A DNA stretch of 64,000 nt from Synechococcus sp. (GCA_047285305.1 JBJBDL010000003.1:1728001-1792000), one strand, 5' to 3'; counted from the stretch's first letter, positions 8,569 through 18,802 are shown. Translations and numbers: made by a program. The notes: generated from the letters alone by a model not told the origin.

Positions 8569-8760
8569 CTAAAAGCCTTTGGGATATCTTCGCCCCTTCA
8601 GTTGCATCACCTCAATTGTTTTTGGACGTGTCTTACTGGAGTACCAAACGCGTTGCGCTTCGTCGTAGCTCTCGACATCCTTAAACGACCCATCACGCAA
8701 CCAGACGCGGTAGTGGTGACGGTCATAGGGCTCGGAACTGGTTTCTGTGAACTGTTTCAT
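8569..8760 (-). CDS. Small hypothetical protein with PYDRH motif and KGF end
   Basis: MKQFTETSSEPYDRHHYRVWL...KGF; resembles small proteins I recall from picocyanobacteria and cyanophages. Confidence 0.65.
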   Translation of the reverse strand: MKQFTETSSEPYDRHHYRVWLRDGSFKDVESYDEAQRVWYSSKTRPKTIEVMQLKGRRYPKGF

Positions 8761-8796
8761 GCAAGCCAAAGAGAAGTGTCAAGGAAGATCTGCTGG

Positions 8797-9969
8797 TCAA
8801 TCAGATCCAAGCCTGGTGAATGCTGCGCGACGAGGATCTCGGTACCGCTCCGCCACATGCTTGCCCCATAACCCTTCCCAGTAGAAGAAAATCACGCCAT
8901 GACCGCGTTGGCGGGCCAGACGGACCTTTTGCTCTAGAACAGGCATCGAGGTAGTGCGTTTGCCGAATCCCGCCAACACGCCAATCTGCAAAGGGACGCC
9001 CCAGCTGCGGGCTTTGCGCAGCGCCGGCTGATCCAGGTCTTTGGCAAATCCTCGAACCGAATAGGCATAGTTCTGCACCACCAACTCTTCAATCAGCCCG
9101 CCCAAAGCCCAGAGCTCCCAGTCCTGCAGCCAGAGGTTGTAGGCCGAACGGAAGGGGCCTGGAGACAGGCTGATTCGTGTGGAGAGGCGTTCCTGCTTGA
9201 GACGTTGCCGCAACTCACGAAGCAGCGAGGTGAGTTGATTGCGACGCCATTTCATCCACTGCCGATTGCTGTGATCCCGAGGAGGTGCCAGTCCCGTCTC
9301 CTGCCGGTAGAACGCCACGGTGGTGGGGTCATAACCGAACTGAACCGGCCAGGCGAAGTGATCGTCCAGTTGCAGACCATCCATCGGACAGCGCTTCAGG
9401 GTTTCCACCACCAAACCGATGAAGCGGTCACGAACCCCCGGATGGGCTGGATTGAGCCAAGCCATCCGATGGTTCCCGTGCATCGCCATCCAACGTTGGC
9501 CATTGGCTTTGGCCAACACCCAGCTGGGGTTGTTGCGCACAACGGATGAATCGGCCGGCTCCATCAGGCCGTACTCAAACCAGGGCATCACCTTGATGCC
9601 GCGGCGCCGACCTTCCGCCGCCAGGGTGCAGATGGGATCAAGACCGACCCCAGCCTTCTGAAGTGGCGGCTCCACTGGAGCGAAGCGGCTGCGATGAAAC
9701 GTGGTGCCGCGGCTCCAGACATTGGGCACAACGCGATTGAAGCCTGCATCCTGCAGCTGTTGCATCGCAGCGGTGATGCGCTTCCGGTCGTAATAGAGCT
9801 GGCTGGGGCTGTTGGTCAGCCACACCCCCATCGTGCTGCGGTTTCGGAGCAACCGGTCCAATCGAGACTCGGCCATCAGAGGTGCCGGCAGCCCCGCCAT
9901 CAGGCTGGCCAGAGCAACACCAAACAGAGGCCTCCAACGCTGAGCCAACGCCGCTGAAGCACTGTGCAT
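8797..9969 (-). CDS. Glycoside hydrolase-like family 10 (DUF187/YddW-like) protein
   Basis: GVWLTN, VMPWFEYG, WLNPAHP, DGLQLDDHF and LQDW motifs; N-terminal signal; exact start uncertain. Confidence 0.85.
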   Translation of the reverse strand: MHSASAALAQRWRPLFGVALASLMAGLPAPLMAESRLDRLLRNRSTMGVWLTNSPSQLYYDRKRITAAMQQLQDAGFNRVVPNVWSRGTTFHRSRFAPVEPPLQKAGVGLDPICTLAAEGRRRGIKVMPWFEYGLMEPADSSVVRNNPSWVLAKANGQRWMAMHGNHRMAWLNPAHPGVRDRFIGLVVETLKRCPMDGLQLDDHFAWPVQFGYDPTTVAFYRQETGLAPPRDHSNRQWMKWRRNQLTSLLRELRQRLKQERLSTRISLSPGPFRSAYNLWLQDWELWALGGLIEELVVQNYAYSVRGFAKDLDQPALRKARSWGVPLQIGVLAGFGKRTTSMPVLEQKVRLARQRGHGVIFFYWEGLWGKHVAERYRDPRRAAFTRLGSD

Positions 9970-10048
9970 TTAAGGATGGCGCGAATCAACCGTGATAAAG
10001 CCGAACCAAGCCCGCTCGTTCAACAGTCCATGGGCCCGCGGCCAACGA

Positions 10049-11044
10049 TCAGCGGAACATCGAGCTCACGGAGCTCTCTTCATGGATGCGCCAGATCGCT
10101 TCGCCCAGCATGTTGGCCACGGAGAGCACCTTCAGCTGAGGGAAGACCCGGTCCTGCGGGATCGGAATGCTGTTGGTCACCACCACCTGCTCAAACAGGC
10201 CCTCAACGGACAAACGTTCGCTGGCGGGTGGAGAGAAGACGGCATGGGTGGCGCAGGCCAGCACCCGCTTGGCCCCTTGCTCCCTCAGCAGCCGTGCCCC
10301 CGCACAGATCGTGCCGCCGGTGTCGATCATGTCGTCGATCAGGATCGCCGTCCGCCCGGCCACATCACCAATCACTGTGAGGCTTTCGGCCATGTTGTGG
10401 CCGGTGCGGCGCTTGTCGATGATCGCCAGCGGAGCATCATTCATTTGCTTGGCAAACGCCCGGGCCCGCGCCACGCCCCCAACGTCAGGGGACACCACCA
10501 CCACATCTCCCAGATCCTGGGTGGAGAGGTAGTCCACCAGCACGGGAGAGCCGTAGATGTGATCGCAGGGGATATCGAAATAGCCCTGAATCTGGGCGGA
10601 GTGCAGGTCCATCGCCAGCACGCGGTCAACGCCCGACGTCACCAACAGGTTGGCCGTGAGCTTGGCAGTAATCGATTCACGACCAGCGGTCTTGCGGTCG
10701 GCTCGTGCGTAGCCGTAATAAGGCACCACCGCAGTGATCTGCCGTGCGGAGGCCCTTCTGCAGGCATCCACCATGATCAGCAGCTCCATCAGGTGATCGT
10801 TCACCGGTGCGCAGGTGGGCTGGATCAGGAACACATCGCAGCCACGGATCGACTCCTGGATCTGCACGTAGAGCTCACCGTCGGCAAAACGCTTGCAGAC
10901 GCGGGGACCATCAGGCACCCCGAGATAGGCGGAAATCTCCTTGGCCAGAGCAGGGTTCGAGGTGCCGCTGAACAGGCGCAGGCGGCGACTGTCAGGGGTC
11001 ATCTGCTCCTGTTCGGCACGGGCTGCTGTCAGGAAACTTGTCAC
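10049..11044 (-). CDS. prs: Ribose-phosphate pyrophosphokinase
   Basis: FADGELYVQIQESIRG, YARADRK, VSPDVGGVARA and DDMIDTGGT motifs; GTG start. Confidence 0.97.
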   Translation of the reverse strand: MTSFLTAARAEQEQMTPDSRRLRLFSGTSNPALAKEISAYLGVPDGPRVCKRFADGELYVQIQESIRGCDVFLIQPTCAPVNDHLMELLIMVDACRRASARQITAVVPYYGYARADRKTAGRESITAKLTANLLVTSGVDRVLAMDLHSAQIQGYFDIPCDHIYGSPVLVDYLSTQDLGDVVVVSPDVGGVARARAFAKQMNDAPLAIIDKRRTGHNMAESLTVIGDVAGRTAILIDDMIDTGGTICAGARLLREQGAKRVLACATHAVFSPPASERLSVEGLFEQVVVTNSIPIPQDRVFPQLKVLSVANMLGEAIWRIHEESSVSSMFR

Positions 11045-11076
11045 GGCGCCCGCGGAACGAATTCTGCTGTAATCCG

Positions 11077-11601
11077 ATGGTAGAGGTGAGCAGTGCCCCC
11101 ATGTCCACAGGTTTCCCACTGTTGGTGGGTGCGGGCCCCCTGCCTGAACTCAAAATGCGTCAGGCCTGCGAAGCCCTGGCACGGGCTTGCCGATGCCCTC
11201 TCACCACGGTGGCCAGTGGTGCATCACCGGCTGAGGTTCTGCAGACCAACCCGGCGGCAACAGGGCTGGTGCGTCTCAGCGGCGACGCAGCCCGGCCGAC
11301 CTTGGAGGGTGATGCCAGCTGGCTGCAGGCCCTGGCCGACTGGCGCCAGCCGGTGCTGCTGCTGACCAGTGCTGAACAGGACGGTTCAATCTCTGGCGCA
11401 GCCGCGGCCTACGCCGCCCTCTGCCGGGAACTGCAGGTGCCGCTGCTCGGCCTGGTACAGCTCCAGGGCCCTTGGAACGGCCCAGCGCGACGCCGAGACG
11501 GCCTCAGCTGGCTGGGCTGGATCCCCGATGAACAGCATCCGTATCAGACCGAATGCGTCGACGCCCTCGCCCGGCGGCTGCAACTCCGCAACCCGGCTTA
11601 A
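11077..11601 (+). CDS. Conserved hypothetical protein with weak resemblance to the BioD C-terminal half
   Basis: ALADWRQPVLLL...YAALCRELQVPLLGLVQ; divergent from prs; start uncertain (11077 or 11101). Confidence 0.55.
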   Translation: MVEVSSAPMSTGFPLLVGAGPLPELKMRQACEALARACRCPLTTVASGASPAEVLQTNPAATGLVRLSGDAARPTLEGDASWLQALADWRQPVLLLTSAEQDGSISGAAAAYAALCRELQVPLLGLVQLQGPWNGPARRRDGLSWLGWIPDEQHPYQTECVDALARRLQLRNPA

Positions 11602-12527
11602 CGCTGGGGCCACAGGGGAAGGCTGGCACCGGCGTCGATCTGTCGCAAGGCCTGCTCACCAGCCCGCTCGGCCAGCGGCAGGCGGCTGATCCGTGGGGGT
11701 TCAGGGCTGGCGATGATCGCCGCGGCCAGGCTTAGCTGCTCCGAACGACTGAGGTTGGTCTCCACCTCAGTGTTCAGTTGGTTCACCAAACCAGGGATCA
11801 CTTCGATGCCACTGGGGGCCATTAGCTGTTCGATCAGACACTCAACAAGGATGTTTTGGCGCTGGCGACGCTGATGGACAGCCCTGGGATCGGGCAGATG
11901 GCGCACCAGCTGTTCAGCCTGGGCACCGTTTAGACGCTGTCGTCCGGCCTGGAGAATGACGGTGTAGTGCTGCGTCTTGTCCTGGCGTTTGTAGGAGTCG
12001 CTCAACACCACCTCCACCGCGCCCAGACCATCCACCAGGCGGCGTAGGGCGGCACGGGGCATCACCAAATAGCACTTGGGATCACCCTGCTGAAGACCAA
12101 CAATGTCGCGGATGGCATCGCTGAAAGACTGACGCCACCCCGTCGCCACAACTGAGCCATGCGACCCGGATTCTGTTCGCCAGGGAGCTGAACACCGAGC
12201 TCCGTGAGGATCTGGAGCATCTGAAGCGGCTCCTGGGCGGCAATGCGAAGCAGCAGCAGTGCATCGGCATTGTGGGGGCTTGGGCGCGGCCTGATTGGAG
12301 GCGGCACCCAGCCGATCCGCATCAACACCGATTACCAACACCTTGACCGGGACCTCCGGGAAGGGGGCCAGAGTTTCGGGTTGATCCGCACTCAGTGGAG
12401 TGCCCGCGGCAACACGATCGGGTTTTGGCCAGAGGGTCGCCATCAACCACCCGGTCACACCAATCCCCAGCACGGCAGCACTTACACACAGCGCACCGCG
12501 AACTCAGGGTGGCGACAACCAGTTCAT
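11598..12527 (-). pseudogene. LytR-CpsA-Psr (LCP) family gene, disrupted
   Basis: ATG 12527 reads MNWLSPP, then an in-frame TGA (12504-12506). The LCP core NADALLLLRI...LQILTEL lies in another frame between about 12275 and 12125. The C-terminal LCP motifs (LVDGLGAVEV, GRQRLNGAQAEQLVR, RRQRQ) are back in the first frame. Confidence 0.75.
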
Positions 12528-12606
12528 TTCGCTGGACGAACCGCAATGGCGCTTAGTTTCGCCCAGATCTCTAGTTCCTAGCCTGGGCCCCGTGAAGCCG
12601 TCATCG

Positions 12607-13635
12607 ATGTCCCTCCGCCACGACTACCGCAGCCGACCACCCGAAAAGGTGCGCGTGGTGGTATTTGGAGCCACGGGCTACATCGGCCGCTTTGTGGTGA
12701 AGGAACTGGTGGAACGGGGCTACCAGGTCATCGCCTTCGCCCGCGAGCGCAGCGGCATCGGTGGTCGCCAGAACAGGGACGAGGTGATCGCCGATTTCCC
12801 GGGAGCTGAGGTGCGCTTCGGGGATGTCACCGATCCAGCCTCGATCGCAGCCGAGGCCTTCCATCAACCCACGGATGTGGTGGTGAGTTGCCTGGCGTCC
12901 CGCACTGGCGGCCGCAAGGATTCCTGGGCGATTGACCACGCAGCCACCCTCAACACCTATAAGCAGGGACGGGCGGCAGGGGTGGCCCACTACGTGCTGC
13001 TCTCGGCCATCTGTGTGCAGAAGCCGATGCTGGAATTTCAGAAGGCGAAGCTGGCCTTCGAAGCCGTATTGCAGGCGGATGAGGAGATGAGCCACTCCAT
13101 CGTTCGCCCCACCGCCTTTTTCAAAAGCCTGGGCGGACAGGTGGAAAGCTGCCGAAAGGGCGGCCCCTACGTGATGTTCGGAGGTGGAGAACTGGCCAGC
13201 TGCAAGCCGATCAGCGAAGCCGATCTGGCACGGTTCATAGCGGACTGCATCCATGACGAGTCCAAATGCAACCAGGTGCTGCCCATTGGGGGGCCGGGTC
13301 CGGCGCTGAGCGCACGGGAGCAGGGAGAGATGCTCTTCCGCGCTCTGAACAAGCCCGAAAGGATGCTGTCGGTGCCGATTGCCCTGATGGATGCGCCGAT
13401 CGCCGTGTTAAACACCCTGGCTCGACTATTCCCAGGCATCAACGACACGGCGGAATTTGGTCGGATCGGCCGCTACTACGCCAGCGAATCGATGCTCGTC
13501 TGGGACGAGCGAAAGCAGTGCTACGACGCGGATGCAACTCCGTCCTATGGAACCGACACTCTGGACCAGTTCTTTGAGCGTGTGGCCCGGGAAGGCATGG
13601 ACGGGCAGGACCTGGGGGATGCGGCGCTGTTCTGA
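12607..13635 (+). CDS. dvr: Divinyl (proto)chlorophyllide 8-vinyl reductase (BciA/DVR type)
   Basis: [39 protein letters not shown] and [11 protein letters not shown] motifs. Confidence 0.92.
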   Translation: MSLRHDYRSRPPEKVRVVVFGATGYIGRFVVKELVERGYQVIAFARERSGIGGRQNRDEVIADFPGAEVRFGDVTDPASIAAEAFHQPTDVVVSCLASRTGGRKDSWAIDHAATLNTYKQGRAAGVAHYVLLSAICVQKPMLEFQKAKLAFEAVLQADEEMSHSIVRPTAFFKSLGGQVESCRKGGPYVMFGGGELASCKPISEADLARFIADCIHDESKCNQVLPIGGPGPALSAREQGEMLFRALNKPERMLSVPIALMDAPIAVLNTLARLFPGINDTAEFGRIGRYYASESMLVWDERKQCYDADATPSYGTDTLDQFFERVAREGMDGQDLGDAALF

Positions 13636-13667
13636 AGCCGCCATCCTTGGGTGACCAAGCCCCCGCC

Positions 13668-15236
13668 ATGGATCAGTCCACCGTTGACCCGGCCAAGGCC
13701 GGGAGGGGGCGCAGCACCGGGGTGCTGCTGCATCCCACCGCCCTGCCGGGCAGCCCCGTCTGCGGCAGCTTTGGTGAGCCCTGCCGCCGTTGGCTCCAGC
13801 TGCTGGCCGACCATGACATCGGCGTCTGGCAGATGCTCCCCCTGGCCCCGCCGGATCCCACCGGCTCGCCCTACAGCTCTCCCTCCTGCAATGCGCTGAA
13901 CCCCTGGTTCCTCGACGGCCAGGACCTGGCCATCGAGGGGTTCATCGGCGATGAAGCCCTCAGGACCACTCCAGGGGGTGATGCACCGCTGGAGGGTGCG
14001 GAGCGTGTGGAGTTCAACCTGGCCCAGCAACGGGCCATTGCCCTGGGGGATGCCCTGCTTGACGCCTGGCCTGAGCAGGATCCAGTGCGACATGTCGCCT
14101 TCAAGCGCTGGGCGCAACGGCAGCGCAGCTGGCTGCAGGACCATGCCCGTTTCCAGGTTCTGCACAATCAACACAAGACCGCTTGGTGGGAGTGGCCGCT
14201 GCCGCTTGCCCGGCATGACAACAAAGCCCTCAAGGCCTGGGCGAAACAACACCAGGACGCGTTGCTGCGGGAACAGCTGATCCAATGGCAGCTCGACCGG
14301 CAGTGGCAGGCGATCCGCCGTCAGGCGACCAACCTGGGCATCCAGCTGTTTGGCGATCTGCCCTTCTATGTGAGCAGTGACAGCGCCGATGTCTGGAGCA
14401 ACCGATCGCTCTTCACCATCGAGGAGAACGGCCAGCTCACCACTCAAAGCGGTGTGCCGCCCGATTACTTCTCGGAAACCGGACAGCTGTGGGGCTCACC
14501 GGTGTACCGCTGGGGACAGCATCGGATCACGCGCTTCCGTTGGTGGCGGCAAAGAATTGCGCGCCAGCGGGAGATGGTTGATCTGCTGCGCCTGGATCAC
14601 TTCCGGGCACTTGCGGCCTTCTGGGCTGTCCCCGGAGGAGACAGCACCGCAGAGAACGGACAGTGGCAGCCCTCACCGGGTCACGCCCTGCTGCGCAAAC
14701 TGCGCAGAGATGCCGGTGGCTCCCTCCCCTTGATTGCCGAGGATCTCGGCGTGATCACACCGGATGTGGAGAAACTCCGCGATGCCTTCCGGTTGCCGGG
14801 TATGAAAGTGCTGCAGTTCGCGTTCGACGGCGCATCCGACAACCCCTATCTGCCGGAAAACACCGATGGGCATCGCTGGATCGTCTACACCGGCACTCAC
14901 GACAACCCCACAACGCTGGGCTGGTGGAACGCGTTGGATGCTGACAGCCGGGGCCGCATCGCCACGCGGGTGAATTGTGAGATCAGTGCCCCAGCCTGGC
15001 ATCTGCTCGACATGGCCTTTGCCACGACCGCAGGCCTGGTGATCGCCCCCTTGCAGGACCTGATGCACCTCGACGACCGGGCCAGGTTCAACACCCCTGG
15101 CACCTGCGAAGGCAACTGGAGCTGGAGGCTTGGCAGCTTTGATGCCGCGCTGAGGAATGCCCTGGGCGGCTACGGGAGCAGGGGAGCGGTCTGGGGACGG
15201 TCGCTCTCGGGAGCAGGCAATTTGTTAACCCGGTAG
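13668..15236 (+). CDS. malQ: 4-alpha-glucanotransferase (amylomaltase, GH77)
   Basis: GVLLHPTALPG, GDLPFYV, GVPPDYFSETGQLWG, RLDHFR, IAEDLG and YTGTHDN motifs. Confidence 0.96.
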   Translation: MDQSTVDPAKAGRGRSTGVLLHPTALPGSPVCGSFGEPCRRWLQLLADHDIGVWQMLPLAPPDPTGSPYSSPSCNALNPWFLDGQDLAIEGFIGDEALRTTPGGDAPLEGAERVEFNLAQQRAIALGDALLDAWPEQDPVRHVAFKRWAQRQRSWLQDHARFQVLHNQHKTAWWEWPLPLARHDNKALKAWAKQHQDALLREQLIQWQLDRQWQAIRRQATNLGIQLFGDLPFYVSSDSADVWSNRSLFTIEENGQLTTQSGVPPDYFSETGQLWGSPVYRWGQHRITRFRWWRQRIARQREMVDLLRLDHFRALAAFWAVPGGDSTAENGQWQPSPGHALLRKLRRDAGGSLPLIAEDLGVITPDVEKLRDAFRLPGMKVLQFAFDGASDNPYLPENTDGHRWIVYTGTHDNPTTLGWWNALDADSRGRIATRVNCEISAPAWHLLDMAFATTAGLVIAPLQDLMHLDDRARFNTPGTCEGNWSWRLGSFDAALRNALGGYGSRGAVWGRSLSGAGNLLTR

Positions 15237-16090
15237 ATCCCCGGCCGCTCTTGATCCACAGGCAGAGGCTCTCCATTCCAGAGCAGCTGATCCTCAGCAC
15301 CAGCCGGGGGATCGAGGCGCACCTCGATCGGGGGCTGCAACTGCAAGGTCAGCGTGCCGGCGCTCGTCGCGAATTGAACCCGATCTCCCCCACCGCTTGA
15401 GAGCTGCAGCTCTGTTGGCTCTGCCAAAACAACCTCCAGCACCCCCTGGGACTGCGGCAGGGCGCCCCGCACCAGATCAAGCAACTGCTGAGGCGTGCGT
15501 TTCTGAACCTGCTCCAGGGGGCGCAGGGCCGCGATGCCTTCGTATGAACCCACGAGGTTCGGGCCACGGTTGATCGCCTCAACATCAGCACGCACGGGCT
15601 CGAGGCTGAGGCTGTTGCGCAGGGCCAGGTCCAGTTGTTGACGGTTGATGGCTAACAGGCTGATGGCGATCACAGCGGCGTAAACGACCGTTCCCTGCCA
15701 GGTAGTGAACACATCGATGTTGCCCAGGGTGAAGCGACCCAGGCCCGCTTTGGCTGGTCCGCGGCGCAGCAACACCGGCGGGGGAAGGAGGGGGTTGAGG
15801 CATCCACCGGGCAGGGCCAGGCGACGCTCGATCTGAGGAAGCATCGAAGCGAGATAGGCCCGCTCGGGCAGACGATCACTCCAGCCCCGCTCCAGGGCCT
15901 CGATCACGGGGGTGGTGATCCGGGTCTCATTGGCCAGATCACGAAGCGAGAGGCCCAGCTCCTCGCGGCGCCGTCGCAGCATCAGTCCCAGATCCTGGTG
16001 TTGCTGCTCCTGGGACTCAACCGTTGCGGAATCAGGGCTGGAGCCCTTGCGCGGACGTCGCCACCAAAGTCCTGGACGCTTCAGTCGCAT
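15170..16090 (-). CDS. RodZ-like helix-turn-helix membrane protein
   Basis: GLMLRRRREELGLSLRDLANETRITTPVIEALERG HTH followed by a TM segment. Confidence 0.75.
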   Translation of the reverse strand: MRLKRPGLWWRRPRKGSSPDSATVESQEQQHQDLGLMLRRRREELGLSLRDLANETRITTPVIEALERGWSDRLPERAYLASMLPQIERRLALPGGCLNPLLPPPVLLRRGPAKAGLGRFTLGNIDVFTTWQGTVVYAAVIAISLLAINRQQLDLALRNSLSLEPVRADVEAINRGPNLVGSYEGIAALRPLEQVQKRTPQQLLDLVRGALPQSQGVLEVVLAEPTELQLSSGGGDRVQFATSAGTLTLQLQPPIEVRLDPPAGAEDQLLWNGEPLPVDQERPGIYRVNKLPAPESDRPQTAPLLP

Positions 16091-16833
16091 GTGCTGTTGG
16101 GCCAATCCATCGGGTCAGCCCGCTCGAGCAAGGGCTTCCATTCTCCCTCGCTCAACCAGATCCAGCACCCCTCGGCCAGATCACCGAGCGGCAAACCAGC
16201 AATGGCTGTGCGCTGCAAGTCCAGCACCGGATGTCCCAGGGCTTCCGCCATCCGGCGGATCTGTCGATTGCGCCCTTCCCGCAGCTCAATCTCCAGAAGC
16301 GAGCGGTCACCCCAAGTCCGCAACCGGCGTACCCGAGCGGGGCGGGTCAAACAACCATCCAGAGGCAGACCCCGACGCCAGCGATCGAGGACCGGCTCCG
16401 GTGGCACACCCTTCACCCACACCCGGTAGGTCTTGGCGTGGCTGTAACGCGGGTGGGTGAGTTTCAAGGTGAGCTCACCCAGATCGGTGAGCAGAAGCGC
16501 GCCATGGCTATCAGCATCCAGACGGCCAACGGGGTGAAGACCAGCCCGATGCTCCGGAGGCAGCAGGTCAAGCACCGTGCGGCGACCCTGCGGGTCATCG
16601 CAGCTGCAGATCACACCCACCGGCTTGTTCATCAGCAACACCCGCGCCACACCACGGGATGGCAACAGCTGACCATCCACATGAATCGTCTGCTGCTGCG
16701 GATCGGCCTGGTCGCCAACGCCGGCGACCTGACCATCCACCGTCACGCGGCCGGCCTGCAGCCATTCCTCAGCCCGGCGCCTGGAGCAAAGGCCGGCAGC
16801 AGCGATCAGTTTCTGCAGGCGCTGGCGCGTCAT
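16081..16833 (-). CDS. rluB: rRNA pseudouridine synthase (RsuA/RluB family, S4 domain)
   Basis: RLQKLIAAAGLCSRRRAE, HPVGRLD and EGRNRQIRRM motifs. Confidence 0.88.
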   Translation of the reverse strand: MTRQRLQKLIAAAGLCSRRRAEEWLQAGRVTVDGQVAGVGDQADPQQQTIHVDGQLLPSRGVARVLLMNKPVGVICSCDDPQGRRTVLDLLPPEHRAGLHPVGRLDADSHGALLLTDLGELTLKLTHPRYSHAKTYRVWVKGVPPEPVLDRWRRGLPLDGCLTRPARVRRLRTWGDRSLLEIELREGRNRQIRRMAEALGHPVLDLQRTAIAGLPLGDLAEGCWIWLSEGEWKPLLERADPMDWPNSTCD

Positions 16834-17960
16834 TACAGTGGCTCCCGGGGCAGGAGCAAATCCATGCAGGCTCCACCGGCGGGATGGTTGCGGGCTTCGA
16901 TGCGGCCGCCATGGTTGACGGCGATCTGCTGCACGATGGCCAGCCCCAGGCCACTTCCGCTGCGGTTGGAGCGGGTGCGGGAGGGATCCCCCCGATAGAA
17001 GCGTTGAAACATGCGCGTGAGATCGGTCTCACTCAAGCCAGGTCCATGGTCACGAATGCTGAGCAACCACCAGCCGCCGCTCTGGCGAACGCACACGTCG
17101 ATGCTGCTCTCATCAGGGGAGTAGCGCAGGGCATTGTCGAGAAGGTTGAGCACCGCACGGTGCAAACGGCGCTGATCGCCACGCAGGGGTCCAGATTCAC
17201 TGCGGTCAAGCTGCAGCGTCACCCGCCGTTCCTCCGCGATCGGGCCAATGGACCCCCAGGCGCTGTCCACCAGATCCTCCAGGGTAAGGGGCACATGCTC
17301 GCTGTCGTCCTGAGGCAGGCTGTTCTCCAACCGCGACAGCTCCAGCAGGTCCTCCACCAGCAGCTGAAGACGCCGGAGTTCCTTCTGCAGCCGTTGCACC
17401 AAAGCCGTGTCGTCTTCCTTGACGGCCAGTTCCAGCCGATCGCTCACCAGCATCAGGGCGCTGAGGGGGGTCTTGAGCTCATGGGCCACATCACTCACCC
17501 AGCGTTCCTGTTGCTGTTGCTGGGCTTCGAGGGACTGACGGCTCTGGATCAGCACCAGCCAGCATTCGTCACTGCCCGGCAGAAGAACAGCCTCCAGGGG
17601 GGTCCCCTGTTGATCCCATTCACAACGTTGGGAACGCAGCTGATAGCGGCTGCTGAAGATCAACTCCTCCAAGACAGGAATGTCTAGGACATCCCGGAGC
17701 TTCATGCCACGAACCAGGCGATTGGAGGGGATGTGCAGCAGCCGTTCGGCCCGGTCGTTGATATATGCGATGGAGTGGTCCGGGGCCAGGATCATCCAGC
17801 CCTGGGTGGCCGCATCAATCCAGGCCAGCAGCTGGGGAGCGTTCAAGACGATGGAGCGCTCCTTGGACGTTTGCTTGGACGCCAGAACACGGCGTCGACG
17901 CTGCAGCAGAAGCATGATCCCGATGCCAGCTGCAAAGCCGAGTGCAGCAGAGATCACCAC
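16833..17960 (-). CDS. phoR: Sensor histidine kinase, PhoR/SphS type
   Basis: PAS-like region, H-box VAHELKTPL, NLLDNALRY, DHGPG, FQRFYRGD and GSGLGL; paired with a PhoB-like regulator. Confidence 0.85.
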   Translation of the reverse strand: MVISAALGFAAGIGIMLLLQRRRRVLASKQTSKERSIVLNAPQLLAWIDAATQGWMILAPDHSIAYINDRAERLLHIPSNRLVRGMKLRDVLDIPVLEELIFSSRYQLRSQRCEWDQQGTPLEAVLLPGSDECWLVLIQSRQSLEAQQQQQERWVSDVAHELKTPLSALMLVSDRLELAVKEDDTALVQRLQKELRRLQLLVEDLLELSRLENSLPQDDSEHVPLTLEDLVDSAWGSIGPIAEERRVTLQLDRSESGPLRGDQRRLHRAVLNLLDNALRYSPDESSIDVCVRQSGGWWLLSIRDHGPGLSETDLTRMFQRFYRGDPSRTRSNRSGSGLGLAIVQQIAVNHGGRIEARNHPAGGACMDLLLPREPL

Positions 17961-17967
17961 AGCGCCC

Positions 17968-18732
17968 TCAGCCGAAGCGATACCCGAAACCGCGAACCGT
18001 ACGGATCAACTGAGGCGATGAGGGCTCCTGCTCAACCTTTTCCCGCAGCCAGCGGATGTGAACATCCACGGTTTTGGTATCACCGATGAAGTCGACACCC
18101 CAGATTTTCTCCAGCAACTGATCGCGACTCCAGACGCGCTTGGGGTTCTGAATGAACAGCTCGAGGATCTTGTATTCCTTGGGGGAGAGGGTCAGATCCG
18201 TGCCATCCCGGGTGACCCTGCACTCACTGGGAAACAGGCAAAGGTTGGCGTAACTAAAGGAATGCGGTTGAGAAGCCGACGTCTCCGATTGACGGGATCG
18301 CCGCAGCAAGGCCCTGCAGCGCGCCACCAGCTCGCGCAGCCCAAAGGGTTTGACCAGGTAATCGTCGGCGCCCACCTCAAGCGCCAAAACCAGATCGGTC
18401 TCACTGTCACGGGCGCTGATCACCAGGATCGGGGTGGTGTTGTTGATGCGACGGAGCTCGCGGCAAAGCTCAAGCCCCCCCAAGCCCGGGATCATCAGAT
18501 CGAGCACGATCAGATCCACCGGATCTGAAGTTTCAGCGGTGATCAGATTGAGGGCTGAAGCGCCATCGGCGCAAGTTTGCACCTCGTAGGCTTCTGCACG
18601 CAGGGCTTCTCCGACTGTTTCCCGAATGCTGTCGTCGTCTTCCACCACGAGGAGACGACAGGTGGAGACAGCCGCTGACAGGGTTGTCACATCCACAAGA
18701 GAGGCACTAACCAATTTTGCCAGGGGACGCAT
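17968..18732 (-). CDS. phoB: OmpR-family response regulator, PhoB/SphR type
   Basis: VVEDD, LIVLDLM, GADDYLVKPF, KTVDVHIRWLREK and TVRGFGYRFG motifs; true start probably a little downstream. Confidence 0.85.
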   Translation of the reverse strand: MRPLAKLVSASLVDVTTLSAAVSTCRLLVVEDDDSIRETVGEALRAEAYEVQTCADGASALNLITAETSDPVDLIVLDLMIPGLGGLELCRELRRINNTTPILVISARDSETDLVLALEVGADDYLVKPFGLRELVARCRALLRRSRQSETSASQPHSFSYANLCLFPSECRVTRDGTDLTLSPKEYKILELFIQNPKRVWSRDQLLEKIWGVDFIGDTKTVDVHIRWLREKVEQEPSSPQLIRTVRGFGYRFG

Positions 18733-18802
18733 CCCGACAAAGCAGAAGAACTACTTCGCTTAGGGGGCCCACAACAGATGAAAAGGCCAGGCGAAACAAG
18801 GC

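Noticed and set aside
9992..11083. 363-aa plus-strand ORF opposite prs, and similar long antisense ORFs over clpC, lysA, deaD and recBC
   Set aside because: These are typical stop-poor antisense frames of high-GC3 genes with no recognisable motifs.
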